A stretch of DNA of 25,319 nt from an uncultured Candidatus Soleaferrea sp. (GTDB lineage: Bacteria > Bacillota > Clostridia > Oscillospirales > Ruminococcaceae): assembly GCA_964411695.1 (NCBI GenBank), contig CAYPLT010000001.1, positions 1 to 25,319 of the forward strand, in the 5' to 3' direction. The notes beneath the pieces are model-generated. The model had not been told where the DNA came from and did not search any database. It saw nothing but the letters and a program-made list of their open reading frames with translations. The position numbers and the translations under genes are program-made. Positions 17,800 to 25,319 of this stretch are shown here, piece after piece (the first letter of the stretch is position 1; each line of letters begins with the position of its first letter).

Positions 17800-19269
17800 A
17801 TGCAAAATCAAAAAGTTAGAACTAGGTTCGCTCCAAGCCCTACAGGTTATATGCACGTAGGGAATTTAAGGACAGCTCTTTATGCTTACCTATTGGCTAA
17901 AGCTAATGATGGTACGTTTATTTTAAGAATAGAAGATACAGACCAAGAGAGGTACATCGAAGGTGCAGTTGACATTATTTATAACACATTAAGGCAAACA
18001 GGTTTGCTTTGGGATGAAGGACCTGACATTGGTGGAAATTATGGTCCTTACATACAAAGTGAAAGAATGGGACTCTATAAAGAGTATGCCTTAAAATTAA
18101 TTGAAAGCGGACATGCTTACTATTGTTTTTGTGATAAGGAAAGGCTTGAACAATTAAAAAATGTCCAAAAGTTAGCGGGTTTAAACCCTAAATATGATGG
18201 TCATTGTAGGAATTTAACTAAAGAAGAAGTTGAAGAAAAGCTTAAGGCTGGAGTGCCTTATGTAATTAGACAAAAAATGCCATTAAAAGGTACAACATCA
18301 TTTCATGATTTGGTTTTTGGAGACATTGAAGCCCCTAATGAAACACTTGATGACCAAATTTTAATTAAGGCAGATGGAATGCCAACTTATAATTTTGCTA
18401 ATGTAATTGATGACCATACAATGAACATAACTCACGTTATTAGGGGTAATGAATATTTGTCTTCCACTCCAAAATATAATTTGTTATATCAAGCTTTAGG
18501 TTGGCAACCACCGGTTTACATACATTGTAGTCCGGTTATGAAGAATGCTACTCAAAAACTTTCCAAAAGAAATGGAGATGCTTCTTACCAAGATTTGATT
18601 GCAAAAGGTTACCTTTCAGAGGCTATTATAAATTACATTTCTTTGCTTGGTTGGAGCCCAAAAGGTGATGAAGAAATTTTTACGTTAAACGAATTAATCA
18701 AAGAATTTAATATAGATGGAATATCTAAGTCGCCGTCTATATTTGACATTGAAAAACTAAATTATATTAATGGAGAGTACATTAGAAAATTAACTTTAGA
18801 TGAATTTCATGAAATTGCCTTACCGTGGATTCGGCAGACAGTAAAAAGACAAGATGTAGATACTAAGTTAATTGCTAAAGTTTTGCAAGTTAGAACAGAA
18901 GTTTTAAATCAAGTGCCTCAGCAGGTCGATTTTATTGATCAGTTGCCAGAATATAGCTTAGATTTATATATTAGTAAAAAGATGAAGACGACAATAGAAA
19001 GCTCTTATGATGTTTTAAATAAAGTTTTAGAAGAACTAAAATTGTTAGAAGATTACAGTTGTGAAAGTTTGCATGAATGTTTAATTGAATTGGCAAAAAA
19101 ACTTGAAGTTAAAAATGGTTATTTATTATGGCCAATTAGGGTAGCAGTTAGTGGTAAACAGTTTACACCAGGTGGCGCAATAGAACTTTGCGCAATTCTA
19201 GGTAAAGAAGAAGTTATTAAAAGAATAGAGTTAGCGCTCAGTTTGCTTAAAGAAAAAGTAGAAAATTAA
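17800..19269 (+). CDS. gltX: Glutamate--tRNA ligase
   Basis: [16 protein letters not shown] (HIGH-like), [20 protein letters not shown] (KMSKS-like). Confidence 0.98.
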   Translation: MQNQKVRTRFAPSPTGYMHVGNLRTALYAYLLAKANDGTFILRIEDTDQERYIEGAVDIIYNTLRQTGLLWDEGPDIGGNYGPYIQSERMGLYKEYALKLIESGHAYYCFCDKERLEQLKNVQKLAGLNPKYDGHCRNLTKEEVEEKLKAGVPYVIRQKMPLKGTTSFHDLVFGDIEAPNETLDDQILIKADGMPTYNFANVIDDHTMNITHVIRGNEYLSSTPKYNLLYQALGWQPPVYIHCSPVMKNATQKLSKRNGDASYQDLIAKGYLSEAIINYISLLGWSPKGDEEIFTLNELIKEFNIDGISKSPSIFDIEKLNYINGEYIRKLTLDEFHEIALPWIRQTVKRQDVDTKLIAKVLQVRTEVLNQVPQQVDFIDQLPEYSLDLYISKKMKTTIESSYDVLNKVLEELKLLEDYSCESLHECLIELAKKLEVKNGYLLWPIRVAVSGKQFTPGGAIELCAILGKEEVIKRIELALSLLKEKVEN

Positions 19270-19363
19270 ATTACAATAATTTAATAAATAATTTTGTTTT
19301 CTGTGAAACGTTTATTATGGCTATTTAAAAAACAGTACATGTTAATTCATATTTTTACATGTA

Positions 19364-19392
19364 TTGATTTTAGATGTTATATATGATAAAAT
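19364..19392 (+). promoter_or_regulatory. Putative sigmaA promoter (extended -10)
   Basis: TTGATT-17 nt-TAAAAT with TG; an inverted repeat CAGTACATGT/ACATGTATTG (19333-19366) overlaps the -35. Confidence 0.5.
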
Positions 19393-19442
19393 GGTTATAA
19401 TAAGTTATATAAATGTGAATTAATCAATATTAGGAGGTTCTT

Positions 19443-20186
19443 ATGGTAGAAAATGAAGGAGTATTCAAGACAGCTGTAGTTGGAGGTTTTGATAGAAACA
19501 GCGTTTTGGATTATATTAAACAAATTGATAAAAAAGTTAAGAACAATGAAGATAAATTAATAAAAAAAATAGAAGACTTGCATAGCAAAAATAAAGAGCT
19601 TACAGAAAATAACCAAGAGCTTACTCAAACAATTCAGATGCTTCAAAAAGAAATTAATGAAAAAAACAATGAAAACAGTAAAATTAAAGAAGCTGCTAAT
19701 GTGCAAACAGAAGATATAAATGCATTAAGACAAGATGTTCAAAGATTAAATGATTTGCTTAATAAAACACAAATGGACCTTAATGAACAGATAAAAAAAC
19801 ATAGAGATTTGATTACAAAATATGATTGTGAAATAGAAAAATCTAAAAAATATGAACAATCTGTTATGCAGATTGGTACGGCTATGGTTGAGGCCCAAAA
19901 CAAAGCAGATATTATTATATTGGAAGCTAAAAATAAAATCAATAGAATGACTGTAGATGCTGACAAAATTTTAAAAGTAGCTGCAGACAAATTAGATGCA
20001 TTTAAGGCAGATTCGGATAATTTAAAAAATGTAATTCAAGGTAATATGGTGACACTACTTAACCGTGTTAATGAAATAGATGAAGCAATTGACGTTGTGC
20101 AAAATAAATTTATTAATTATTTTATGGAAACTAAAAGTACATTTGAAAATGAAAATAAAAAATATTTGGATGATGAGCAAAATTAA
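19443..20186 (+). CDS. DivIVA-like coiled-coil protein
   Basis: N-terminal FKTAVVGGFDRNSVLDYI resembles the DivIVA F-x4-5-G-[YF]-D-x-x-x-V motif, followed by long heptad repeats; AGGAGG RBS. Confidence 0.65.
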   Translation: MVENEGVFKTAVVGGFDRNSVLDYIKQIDKKVKNNEDKLIKKIEDLHSKNKELTENNQELTQTIQMLQKEINEKNNENSKIKEAANVQTEDINALRQDVQRLNDLLNKTQMDLNEQIKKHRDLITKYDCEIEKSKKYEQSVMQIGTAMVEAQNKADIIILEAKNKINRMTVDADKILKVAADKLDAFKADSDNLKNVIQGNMVTLLNRVNEIDEAIDVVQNKFINYFMETKSTFENENKKYLDDEQN

Positions 20187-20690
20187 ATGAATAATCAAAT
20201 ACATATCAATATTGCTGAATTAAAAAAAATTGCTTCTGGTTTGGTTAATGGGCAACAGGTTTTTTTAACAGGTAATATTTATACTGCAAGAGATGCAGCT
20301 CATAAAAGGTTGCTTGAAATGATTAGGAATAAACAAAAACTGCCTATAAATGTAAAAAAAAGTGTTATATATTATTGTGGTCCTACACCTGCACCACCTG
20401 GCATGCTTATTGGATCTTGCGGTCCAACTTCTTCTTACAGAATGGATGCGTATTTATTGCCTTTATTAAAGCTGGGGCTAGCAGGTATGATAGGTAAAGG
20501 TCAGAGAAGTCAAGAAGCAACAGAAGCTATAAAAAAATATAATGCATCGTATTTTATGGCTATTGGTGGAGCGGGGGCGCTTGCATGTAAATATGTTAAA
20601 GATGTAGATGAAGTTGCTTTTGTAGATTTGGGTTGTGAATCCATAAAAAAATTATATGTAGAAGATTTTCCAGTAATTGCTGTGGTTTAA
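20187..20690 (+). CDS. Fe-S hydro-lyase (fumarate hydratase/tartrate dehydratase) beta subunit, possibly C-terminally truncated
   Basis: LTGNIYTARDAAHKRL, IYYCGP, GPTSSYRMD, MIGKG, AIGGAGAL, DLGCESI. Confidence 0.9.
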   Translation: MNNQIHINIAELKKIASGLVNGQQVFLTGNIYTARDAAHKRLLEMIRNKQKLPINVKKSVIYYCGPTPAPPGMLIGSCGPTSSYRMDAYLLPLLKLGLAGMIGKGQRSQEATEAIKKYNASYFMAIGGAGALACKYVKDVDEVAFVDLGCESIKKLYVEDFPVIAVV

Positions 20691-20756
20691 TTTTTTATGG
20701 ATTGTTTTAAAGATAATAATTAAAATTAAAAGGTCTTTTTTAGAAAGTGAGTTGTA

Positions 20757-22646
20757 ATGCAAGGAGTGAATAAAAAAGAAGAATATAATATTTTAAAAGG
20801 CATTAAAATACCAGGAGATGTTAAAAAATTAAATGCTGATGAGCTAATATTATTATGTGGAGAGATTAGAGAGAAAATTATTAACACAATATCTAAGACT
20901 GGTGGTCATATTGCTTCTAGTTTAGGCGTAGTGGAGCTAACAGTAGCTATATATAGAATTTTTGATTTTCCACAAGATAAGCTCATTTGGGATGTAGGTC
21001 ATCAATCATATGCACACAAATTGTTAACGTGCAGATTTGATAAATTTGATACTATAAGGCAAAAAAATGGGTTAACAGGGTTTACAAGGCGTTCAGAGAG
21101 CATATATGATTCTTTCATATCTGGGCATAGTAGTACATCAATTTCTGTAGCATGTGGTTTTTGCAAGTCTGGAGAAATTTTGAATAATGACTATTACACA
21201 ATAGCGGTTATTGGAGATGGCTCTTTAACAGGGGGGTTGGCATATGAGGGAATGAATAATGTGAAAAAAAATGGCCGTGAAAAATTAATTGTAATTTTAA
21301 ACGACAACAATATGTCAATTTCTAAAAATGTTGGAGCCATTTCTAAATACCTTTCTAAAATTAGAAATACACCTGGGTATTTTAAGTTTAAAGATAATTT
21401 AAAAGATAATCTTTCTAAAATACCGTTTGTTGGCACAAAAATTAATAACACACTTGTTAAGTCTAAAGTACTAGTTAAAGAATCAATTTACCACAGCAAT
21501 ATGTTTGAAAATTTTGGGTTTGAATATTTAGGTCCAGTCGATGGTCATGATTTAAGTAGCTTAATTAGTGTGCTTTCAAGAGCTAAAGATTTGAGTAAGC
21601 CGGTATTTGTGCATGTAAAAACTGTTAAAGGTAAGGGCTATAAATTAGCAGAAAAAAATCCGTCAATGTACCATGGAATATCAAGTAAGCAAAACAAGCC
21701 GGCAACAGAACAAGTTAAAACAAATTTTAAGGATTTTTCTGCGGTATTTGGTGACGAGTTAATTAAAATTGCTTCTCAAGATGAAAGAATTGTTGCTATT
21801 ACAGCTGCTATGAAGCATGGAACCGGGTTACTTGAATTTAACAAGAAATTTCCTAAAAGATTTTTTGATGTTGGAATAGCTGAGCAACATGCTGTTACAT
21901 TTGCTGCAGGGCTTGCTGCTAGTGGTTGTATACCAGTTGTGGCTATTTATTCCTCATTTTTACAAAGAAGCTTAGACCAGATAATACATGATTTAGCTAT
22001 AGAAAAACAACATATAATTTTAGCAATAGATAGAGCAGGTGTGGTAGGAGAAGATGGAGAAACGCATCAGGGAATTTTTGATGTTTCTTTTTTGAGTATG
22101 ATTCCAGGAGTTACTATTTTTTCTCCAGCTACTTATAAAGAATTAAGAAAAAATTTAAATAAGGCTATTTACAATTATGAAGGTGTTCTTGCGGTTAGAT
22201 ATCCAAGAGGCTCAGAAATAATTTTAAATAATAAATATAATATTGACGATGATTCATACAGCGAATATAATTTTTGGCAAGAAAAAAATACAGATGTATT
22301 ATTAATTACATATGGTAGATTATTTGGAATTATTTGTAATTTTAAAGAGAGTTTACAAGAAGAAAATAAAAATAGAGTTTCTATTTTAAAATTAAATAAA
22401 ATATGGCCACTTGAAGATGAAGTAATTTCTATAATTAAAAATTTTAAAAAAGTAATTTTTGTAGAAGAGTCTGTTAAAGCAGGTGGAATTGCAGAACATT
22501 TAGCAGCAAAGTTATTAGAACAAAAATTTAAAGGTAATTATTTAATAAAAGCTATTGACAATCAGTTTGTAAGTCAGGCTACAGTGGCGCAGTCGTTAGA
22601 TGATTTAGGTTTTAATTTTAATAGTTTGAGTGAGTTAATTATTTAA
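20757..22646 (+). CDS. dxs: 1-deoxy-D-xylulose-5-phosphate synthase
   Basis: GGHIASSLGVVELT, WDVGHQSYAHK, GHSSTSIS, GDGSLTGG...NDN TPP motif, DVGIAEQHA, GEDGETHQG, RYPRG. Confidence 0.97.
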   Translation: MQGVNKKEEYNILKGIKIPGDVKKLNADELILLCGEIREKIINTISKTGGHIASSLGVVELTVAIYRIFDFPQDKLIWDVGHQSYAHKLLTCRFDKFDTIRQKNGLTGFTRRSESIYDSFISGHSSTSISVACGFCKSGEILNNDYYTIAVIGDGSLTGGLAYEGMNNVKKNGREKLIVILNDNNMSISKNVGAISKYLSKIRNTPGYFKFKDNLKDNLSKIPFVGTKINNTLVKSKVLVKESIYHSNMFENFGFEYLGPVDGHDLSSLISVLSRAKDLSKPVFVHVKTVKGKGYKLAEKNPSMYHGISSKQNKPATEQVKTNFKDFSAVFGDELIKIASQDERIVAITAAMKHGTGLLEFNKKFPKRFFDVGIAEQHAVTFAAGLAASGCIPVVAIYSSFLQRSLDQIIHDLAIEKQHIILAIDRAGVVGEDGETHQGIFDVSFLSMIPGVTIFSPATYKELRKNLNKAIYNYEGVLAVRYPRGSEIILNNKYNIDDDSYSEYNFWQEKNTDVLLITYGRLFGIICNFKESLQEENKNRVSILKLNKIWPLEDEVISIIKNFKKVIFVEESVKAGGIAEHLAAKLLEQKFKGNYLIKAIDNQFVSQATVAQSLDDLGFNFNSLSELII

Positions 22647-22866
22647 CAGTTATTGGTGAAAATATATTATATTAAATTTTGTTAATTGTTTATGCACATA
22701 GATTAGAAAAATTAAATATATGTTTTTTATTTACTTTAATACAGCATGAATAAATTGATTTTAGTAGGGTAAAATAATTTTGTGGTTAATGAATTGAAAG
22801 TAATTTAAGTTTAGGAATTAATGTTTTTTAACCACAGATTGATTTTCTATTAGGAGATGATTTATT

Positions 22867-23043
22867 ATGAGTATTCCCAAAAATAGTAATAACTATCAAA
22901 ATTATTTAAAATGCGATGTTTGTAACTGTATTCATAATGATCAAAATTGTGGTTGTACCGCTAAAGAGGTTGTTGTTGGTCCTGATTTTGCAACTTCAAA
23001 AACTGACACTGTTTGTGGTACATTTAAAAAAGCAACTAATTAG
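22867..23043 (+). CDS. Small Cys-rich DUF1540-like protein (58 aa), absent from ORF track
   Basis: MSIPKNSNNYQNYLKCDVCNCIHNDQNCGCTAKEVVVGPDFATSKTDTVCGTFKKATN; fits the C-x-V-x-N-C...C-x-A...T-x-C-x-TF pattern; TAGGAG RBS. Confidence 0.85.
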   Translation: MSIPKNSNNYQNYLKCDVCNCIHNDQNCGCTAKEVVVGPDFATSKTDTVCGTFKKATN

Positions 23044-23153
23044 AATTTTAGGTTAGTTAGTACTAAAATTTTTTAGTCAGACCAATTATAACGGCAAAGA
23101 AATTAATTAATTTGCTCATTTTTTAATTTTATTTATTCAAATTGTAATTAAAA

Positions 23154-23205
23154 AAAATAGACTTCTTTTAGTGTAGATTTAATCTAGCAAAAAGGAGTCT
23201 ATTTT
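23154..23205. terminator. Bidirectional intrinsic terminator
   Basis: AAAATAGACTTCTTTT / AAAAGGAGTCTATTTT arms with inner TAGATT/AATCTA, between convergent genes. Confidence 0.8.
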
Positions 23206-23236
23206 ACTTAATTTTAGCTAATTTAAAAAAATATAT

Positions 23237-24022
23237 TCAGTTCCAACCAAATTTAAAAGAATTAACCAATTCTTGAGTATGAAGATGAGATGGGTTATTG
23301 TAAATTGTGTTAGCTTTGCCAAACTCTACAATTTTTCCGTTTTCCATGACGGCTATTTCATCAGCAACGTCTTTCACTAAACCAATATTATGAGAAATGA
23401 ATAGGTACGTTAGACCTATTTTTGATTGCAGATCTTTTATAGTTTTAATTATTTGGTATTCTGTAATAGCATCTAAAGCAGATGTTGATTCATCAAAAAC
23501 TATGAACTTGGGGTTAACTGAAAGACTTCTGGCGATTGCTACTCTTTGACATTCTCCGCCAGAAAGCTCAGAAGGATGTTTGTTTTTTACTGATAATTTT
23601 AAGTTTACTAGATTTAATAAATTATTAATGAATTCAGATTCATTTTTGCGGTCACAAATTTTATAAATTCTTAAGCCTTCGGTTAAAATTTGTTCAACAG
23701 TTAATAGGTTGTCAAAAGAGGAAAACGGATCCTGAAAAACCATTTGGAGATCTCTTCTAAAAGGTTTGAATTTTGAATTTGGTAAGGCAAATATATTATG
23801 ATTTTTATAAAGCACTGTGCCAGTAGACGGTGGAATAAGCCGTATTAAAATTTTGCCGAGAGTTGATTTACCACAGCCACTGTGACCAACTAAACCTACA
23901 GTTTCACCTTGTGATATTTTTAAATTAATATTATTTAAAGAAAAATTATTATTAAATTTTTTTTTATTGAATACTTTGCTTAAATTTTGTGTTTGAATTA
24001 AAAATGTAGGTGAAGATTGCAT
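23237..24022 (-). CDS. ABC transporter ATP-binding protein, oligopeptide/dipeptide/nickel type (OppF/DppF-like)
   Basis: Walker A GHSGCGKST, QMVFQDP, signature LSGGECQR, Walker B IVFDESTSALD, FISH, P-x-H-x-x-T-x-x-L tail. Confidence 0.92.
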   Translation of the reverse strand: MQSSPTFLIQTQNLSKVFNKKKFNNNFSLNNINLKISQGETVGLVGHSGCGKSTLGKILIRLIPPSTGTVLYKNHNIFALPNSKFKPFRRDLQMVFQDPFSSFDNLLTVEQILTEGLRIYKICDRKNESEFINNLLNLVNLKLSVKNKHPSELSGGECQRVAIARSLSVNPKFIVFDESTSALDAITEYQIIKTIKDLQSKIGLTYLFISHNIGLVKDVADEIAVMENGKIVEFGKANTIYNNPSHLHTQELVNSFKFGWN

Positions 24023-24087
24023 ATTGACACCTTAAATTTTGATGTAATTAATTTTTCAGCTATAATTATAAGAACTAAATTACTTCT

Positions 24088-24116
24088 ATTATATAATAAT
24101 TTTATTGTTAAGTCAA
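24088..24116 (-). promoter_or_regulatory. Putative sigmaA promoter of the ABC ATPase
   Basis: Minus strand TTGACT-17 nt-TATAAT. Confidence 0.7.
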
Positions 24117-24328
24117 ATGTCCAAGTTAAAAGTAAATTCAGAGAGTATGAAATGGAAATCATTTCCTATACATTATTTAAATTGGTAAATAAAAACAGTT
24201 AGTATACATTATTTTATTATTTTTCACATTTTCTTATTTTATAAATATCTCAATAGTACATATAACAAAAGTTTTCAACATTTATTTTTGTTGAAAGAGA
24301 TGTTTTTTAATATTTTTCAAAAAATGTA

Positions 24329-24357
24329 TTGACAGCAAGAAAATAATGTGTTAATAT
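24329..24357 (+). promoter_or_regulatory. Putative sigmaA promoter facing the peptide array
   Basis: TTGACA-17 nt-TAATAT with TG extended -10. Confidence 0.65.
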
Positions 24358-25051
24358 ATAAACATAGATATAATATAATACCTGACAGAGAGGATAGTGT
24401 TGAATGTATAGAAAGATCTGGAAAGTTATTTTTGGGTTTTGTATGCATTTGAGGCAATAAATGTTTTATAAAAAATCAAGTCAGTAGGGATAATTAAACG
24501 GGCAGATTTTTAGAAAACTAGAAAATTTATATTAAAGTGTAAAAGTTATGAAATGCTGTAAAATTAAAGAAGTTAGTTTTTGCGTTTGAATATGTGACTA
24601 TTCTTAACATGCTAAATATATTTTTTGAATCTAGTTTTAATAATAAGTTTATATTTCAAATATATATAAAAGTATAAAATTAAGGATATTATGTTTTTAT
24701 ATGTATTTGAGAAAGCACATAGTTTTTTATTGATTCAATTTTCCAGTTGAGGACGGAATAAATGCCGTTCTAACTAAGCTCTTTTAAATTGATAAATTAT
24801 TATTTGGCGCTGTTATATTGTATAATAAGTGTCGGAAATATCGTTTAAATGAAATTTATTTATCTTGATTTTGTTTAAATGATATTTTTTATAAGCATTG
24901 ACTGTAAATTTTTGGAAAAGCGCCACTAAAATATTTGTATATTATTTTTATATTATCAATAAATTGGTTTTTAGTTTGATTAATGTGAATCTATTTTTGT
25001 GCGTTAGATTTACATTAATCAAATTAAAACATAGTGGGAGAGTGATAAGAT

Positions 25052-25147
25052 ATGCTAATGGTATCAAATAAAGACAATAATATAGGGGTAAAGTTTAGTC
25101 TTGCTGCAACAAAACCGCCTTGTGGTCACACAGGTGGATGGTCATAA
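25052..25147 (+). CDS. Small peptide copy 1 (31 aa) MLMVSNKDNNIGVKFSLAATKPPCGHTGGWS; putative RiPP precursor
   Basis: GGGAG RBS, ATG 25052, TAA 25145-25147 followed by TGA; duplicated downstream with the frame preserved. Confidence 0.8.
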   Translation: MLMVSNKDNNIGVKFSLAATKPPCGHTGGWS

Positions 25148-25232
25148 TGAGTGTTATAAATTTAGCACAGTAAATTAATAGAAGTTAATTAAAGTAATGT
25201 AAGAAATAATTATAGTAGGAGAGTGAGAAAAT

Positions 25233-25319
25233 ATGTTAATGTTATCAAATAAAGACAATAATACAGGGGTAAAGTTTAGTCTTGCTGCAACAAAACCGCC
25301 TTGTGGTCACACAGGTGGA
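25233..25319 (+). CDS. Small peptide copy 2 (partial) MLMLSNKDNNTGVKFSLAATKPPCGHTGG...; putative RiPP precursor
   Basis: AGGAG RBS, ATG 25233; 3 substitutions versus copy 1; runs off the window end. Confidence 0.8.
   Translation, partial: MLMLSNKDNNTGVKFSLAATKPPCGHTGG

Larger units (their letters stand above)
25031..25319 (+). repeat. Tandem duplication, 181-nt period, covering RBS plus small CDS
   Basis: 25031-25138 matches 25212-25319; the final 55 nt are identical; the window ends inside copy 2. Confidence 0.95.

Noticed and set aside
1702..21451. Short ORFs overlapping housekeeping genes (1702-1914, 4734-4928, 8407-8700, 9319-9525, 9353-9601, 11242-11442, 13231-13446, 14614-14880, 15034-15273, 17393-17575, 17656-17856, 19739-19990, 21194-21451)
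   Set aside because: Antisense or alternate-frame shadows of well-supported genes, with no recognisable motifs.
24017..24202. 61-aa ORF in the ORF track
   Set aside because: Overlaps the ABC ATPase start and promoter on the opposite strand; no RBS; AT-rich spurious composition.
24195..24225. LytTR-type binding site (ACAGTTAGT) upstream of the peptide-facing promoter
   Set aside because: Only one half-site; the second direct repeat expected ~21 bp away is absent.
24380..24520. T-box, glycine, lysine or cobalamin riboswitch
   Set aside because: CAGAGAG/AGAGG-like words are present, but the diagnostic conserved motifs (e.g. T-box GGTGGNACCGCG, glycine GCCGAAG...CTCTCAGG) are not.
24548..24750. 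Tiny ORFs in the leader (MKCCKIKEVSFCV at 24548; MFLYVFEKAHSFLLIQFSS at 24691)
   Set aside because: Weak or badly spaced RBS, no similarity to the repeated peptide, and expected by chance.
25052..25147. AgrD autoinducer, double-glycine bacteriocin, lasso or graspetide precursor
   Set aside because: No amphipathic N-terminal helix or acidic proline-containing tail as in AgrD; cleavage after GG would leave only WS; the putative core has no Asp/Glu for lasso or graspetide ring formation.
25031..25319. CRISPR array or noncoding repeat interpretation of the terminal repeat
   Set aside because: The repeat unit is >100 nt, includes RBS and ATG, and preserves a reading frame; there is no 25-40 nt repeat/spacer pattern and no cas gene.

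Overview
AT-rich Firmicutes (Clostridia-like) chromosomal segment. It is mostly housekeeping genes: a THUMP RNA methyltransferase, ComF, ybaB-recR, smpB-ssrA (tmRNA), pgk and tpiA, a DegV/GT4/FAD-oxidoreductase/Xaa-Pro peptidase/DegV/ackA/gltX run, a DivIVA-like protein, a fumarate hydratase beta subunit and dxs. The most interesting feature is at the right edge and is absent from the ORF track. It is a tandem (181-nt period) pair of near-identical genes for a ~31-aa peptide (ML-M-[V/L]-SNKDNN-[I/T]-GVKFSLAA-TKPPCGHTGGWS), each with its own RBS. The pair lies downstream of a sigmaA-type promoter and a ~690-nt hairpin-rich noncoding region, divergent from an orphan peptide-type ABC ATPase. It looks like a multi-copy RiPP or signalling-peptide precursor array whose maturation genes would lie beyond the window. 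Other oddities: a GNAT gene bracketed by a 17-bp direct repeat of the methyltransferase 3' end, a degenerate duplication of the comF 3' end, two orphan LytTR regulators (one with an in-frame nonsense codon), a promoter-terminator unit that may be an sRNA, an orphan ORF between pgk and tpiA, and an unannotated DUF1540-like small gene.
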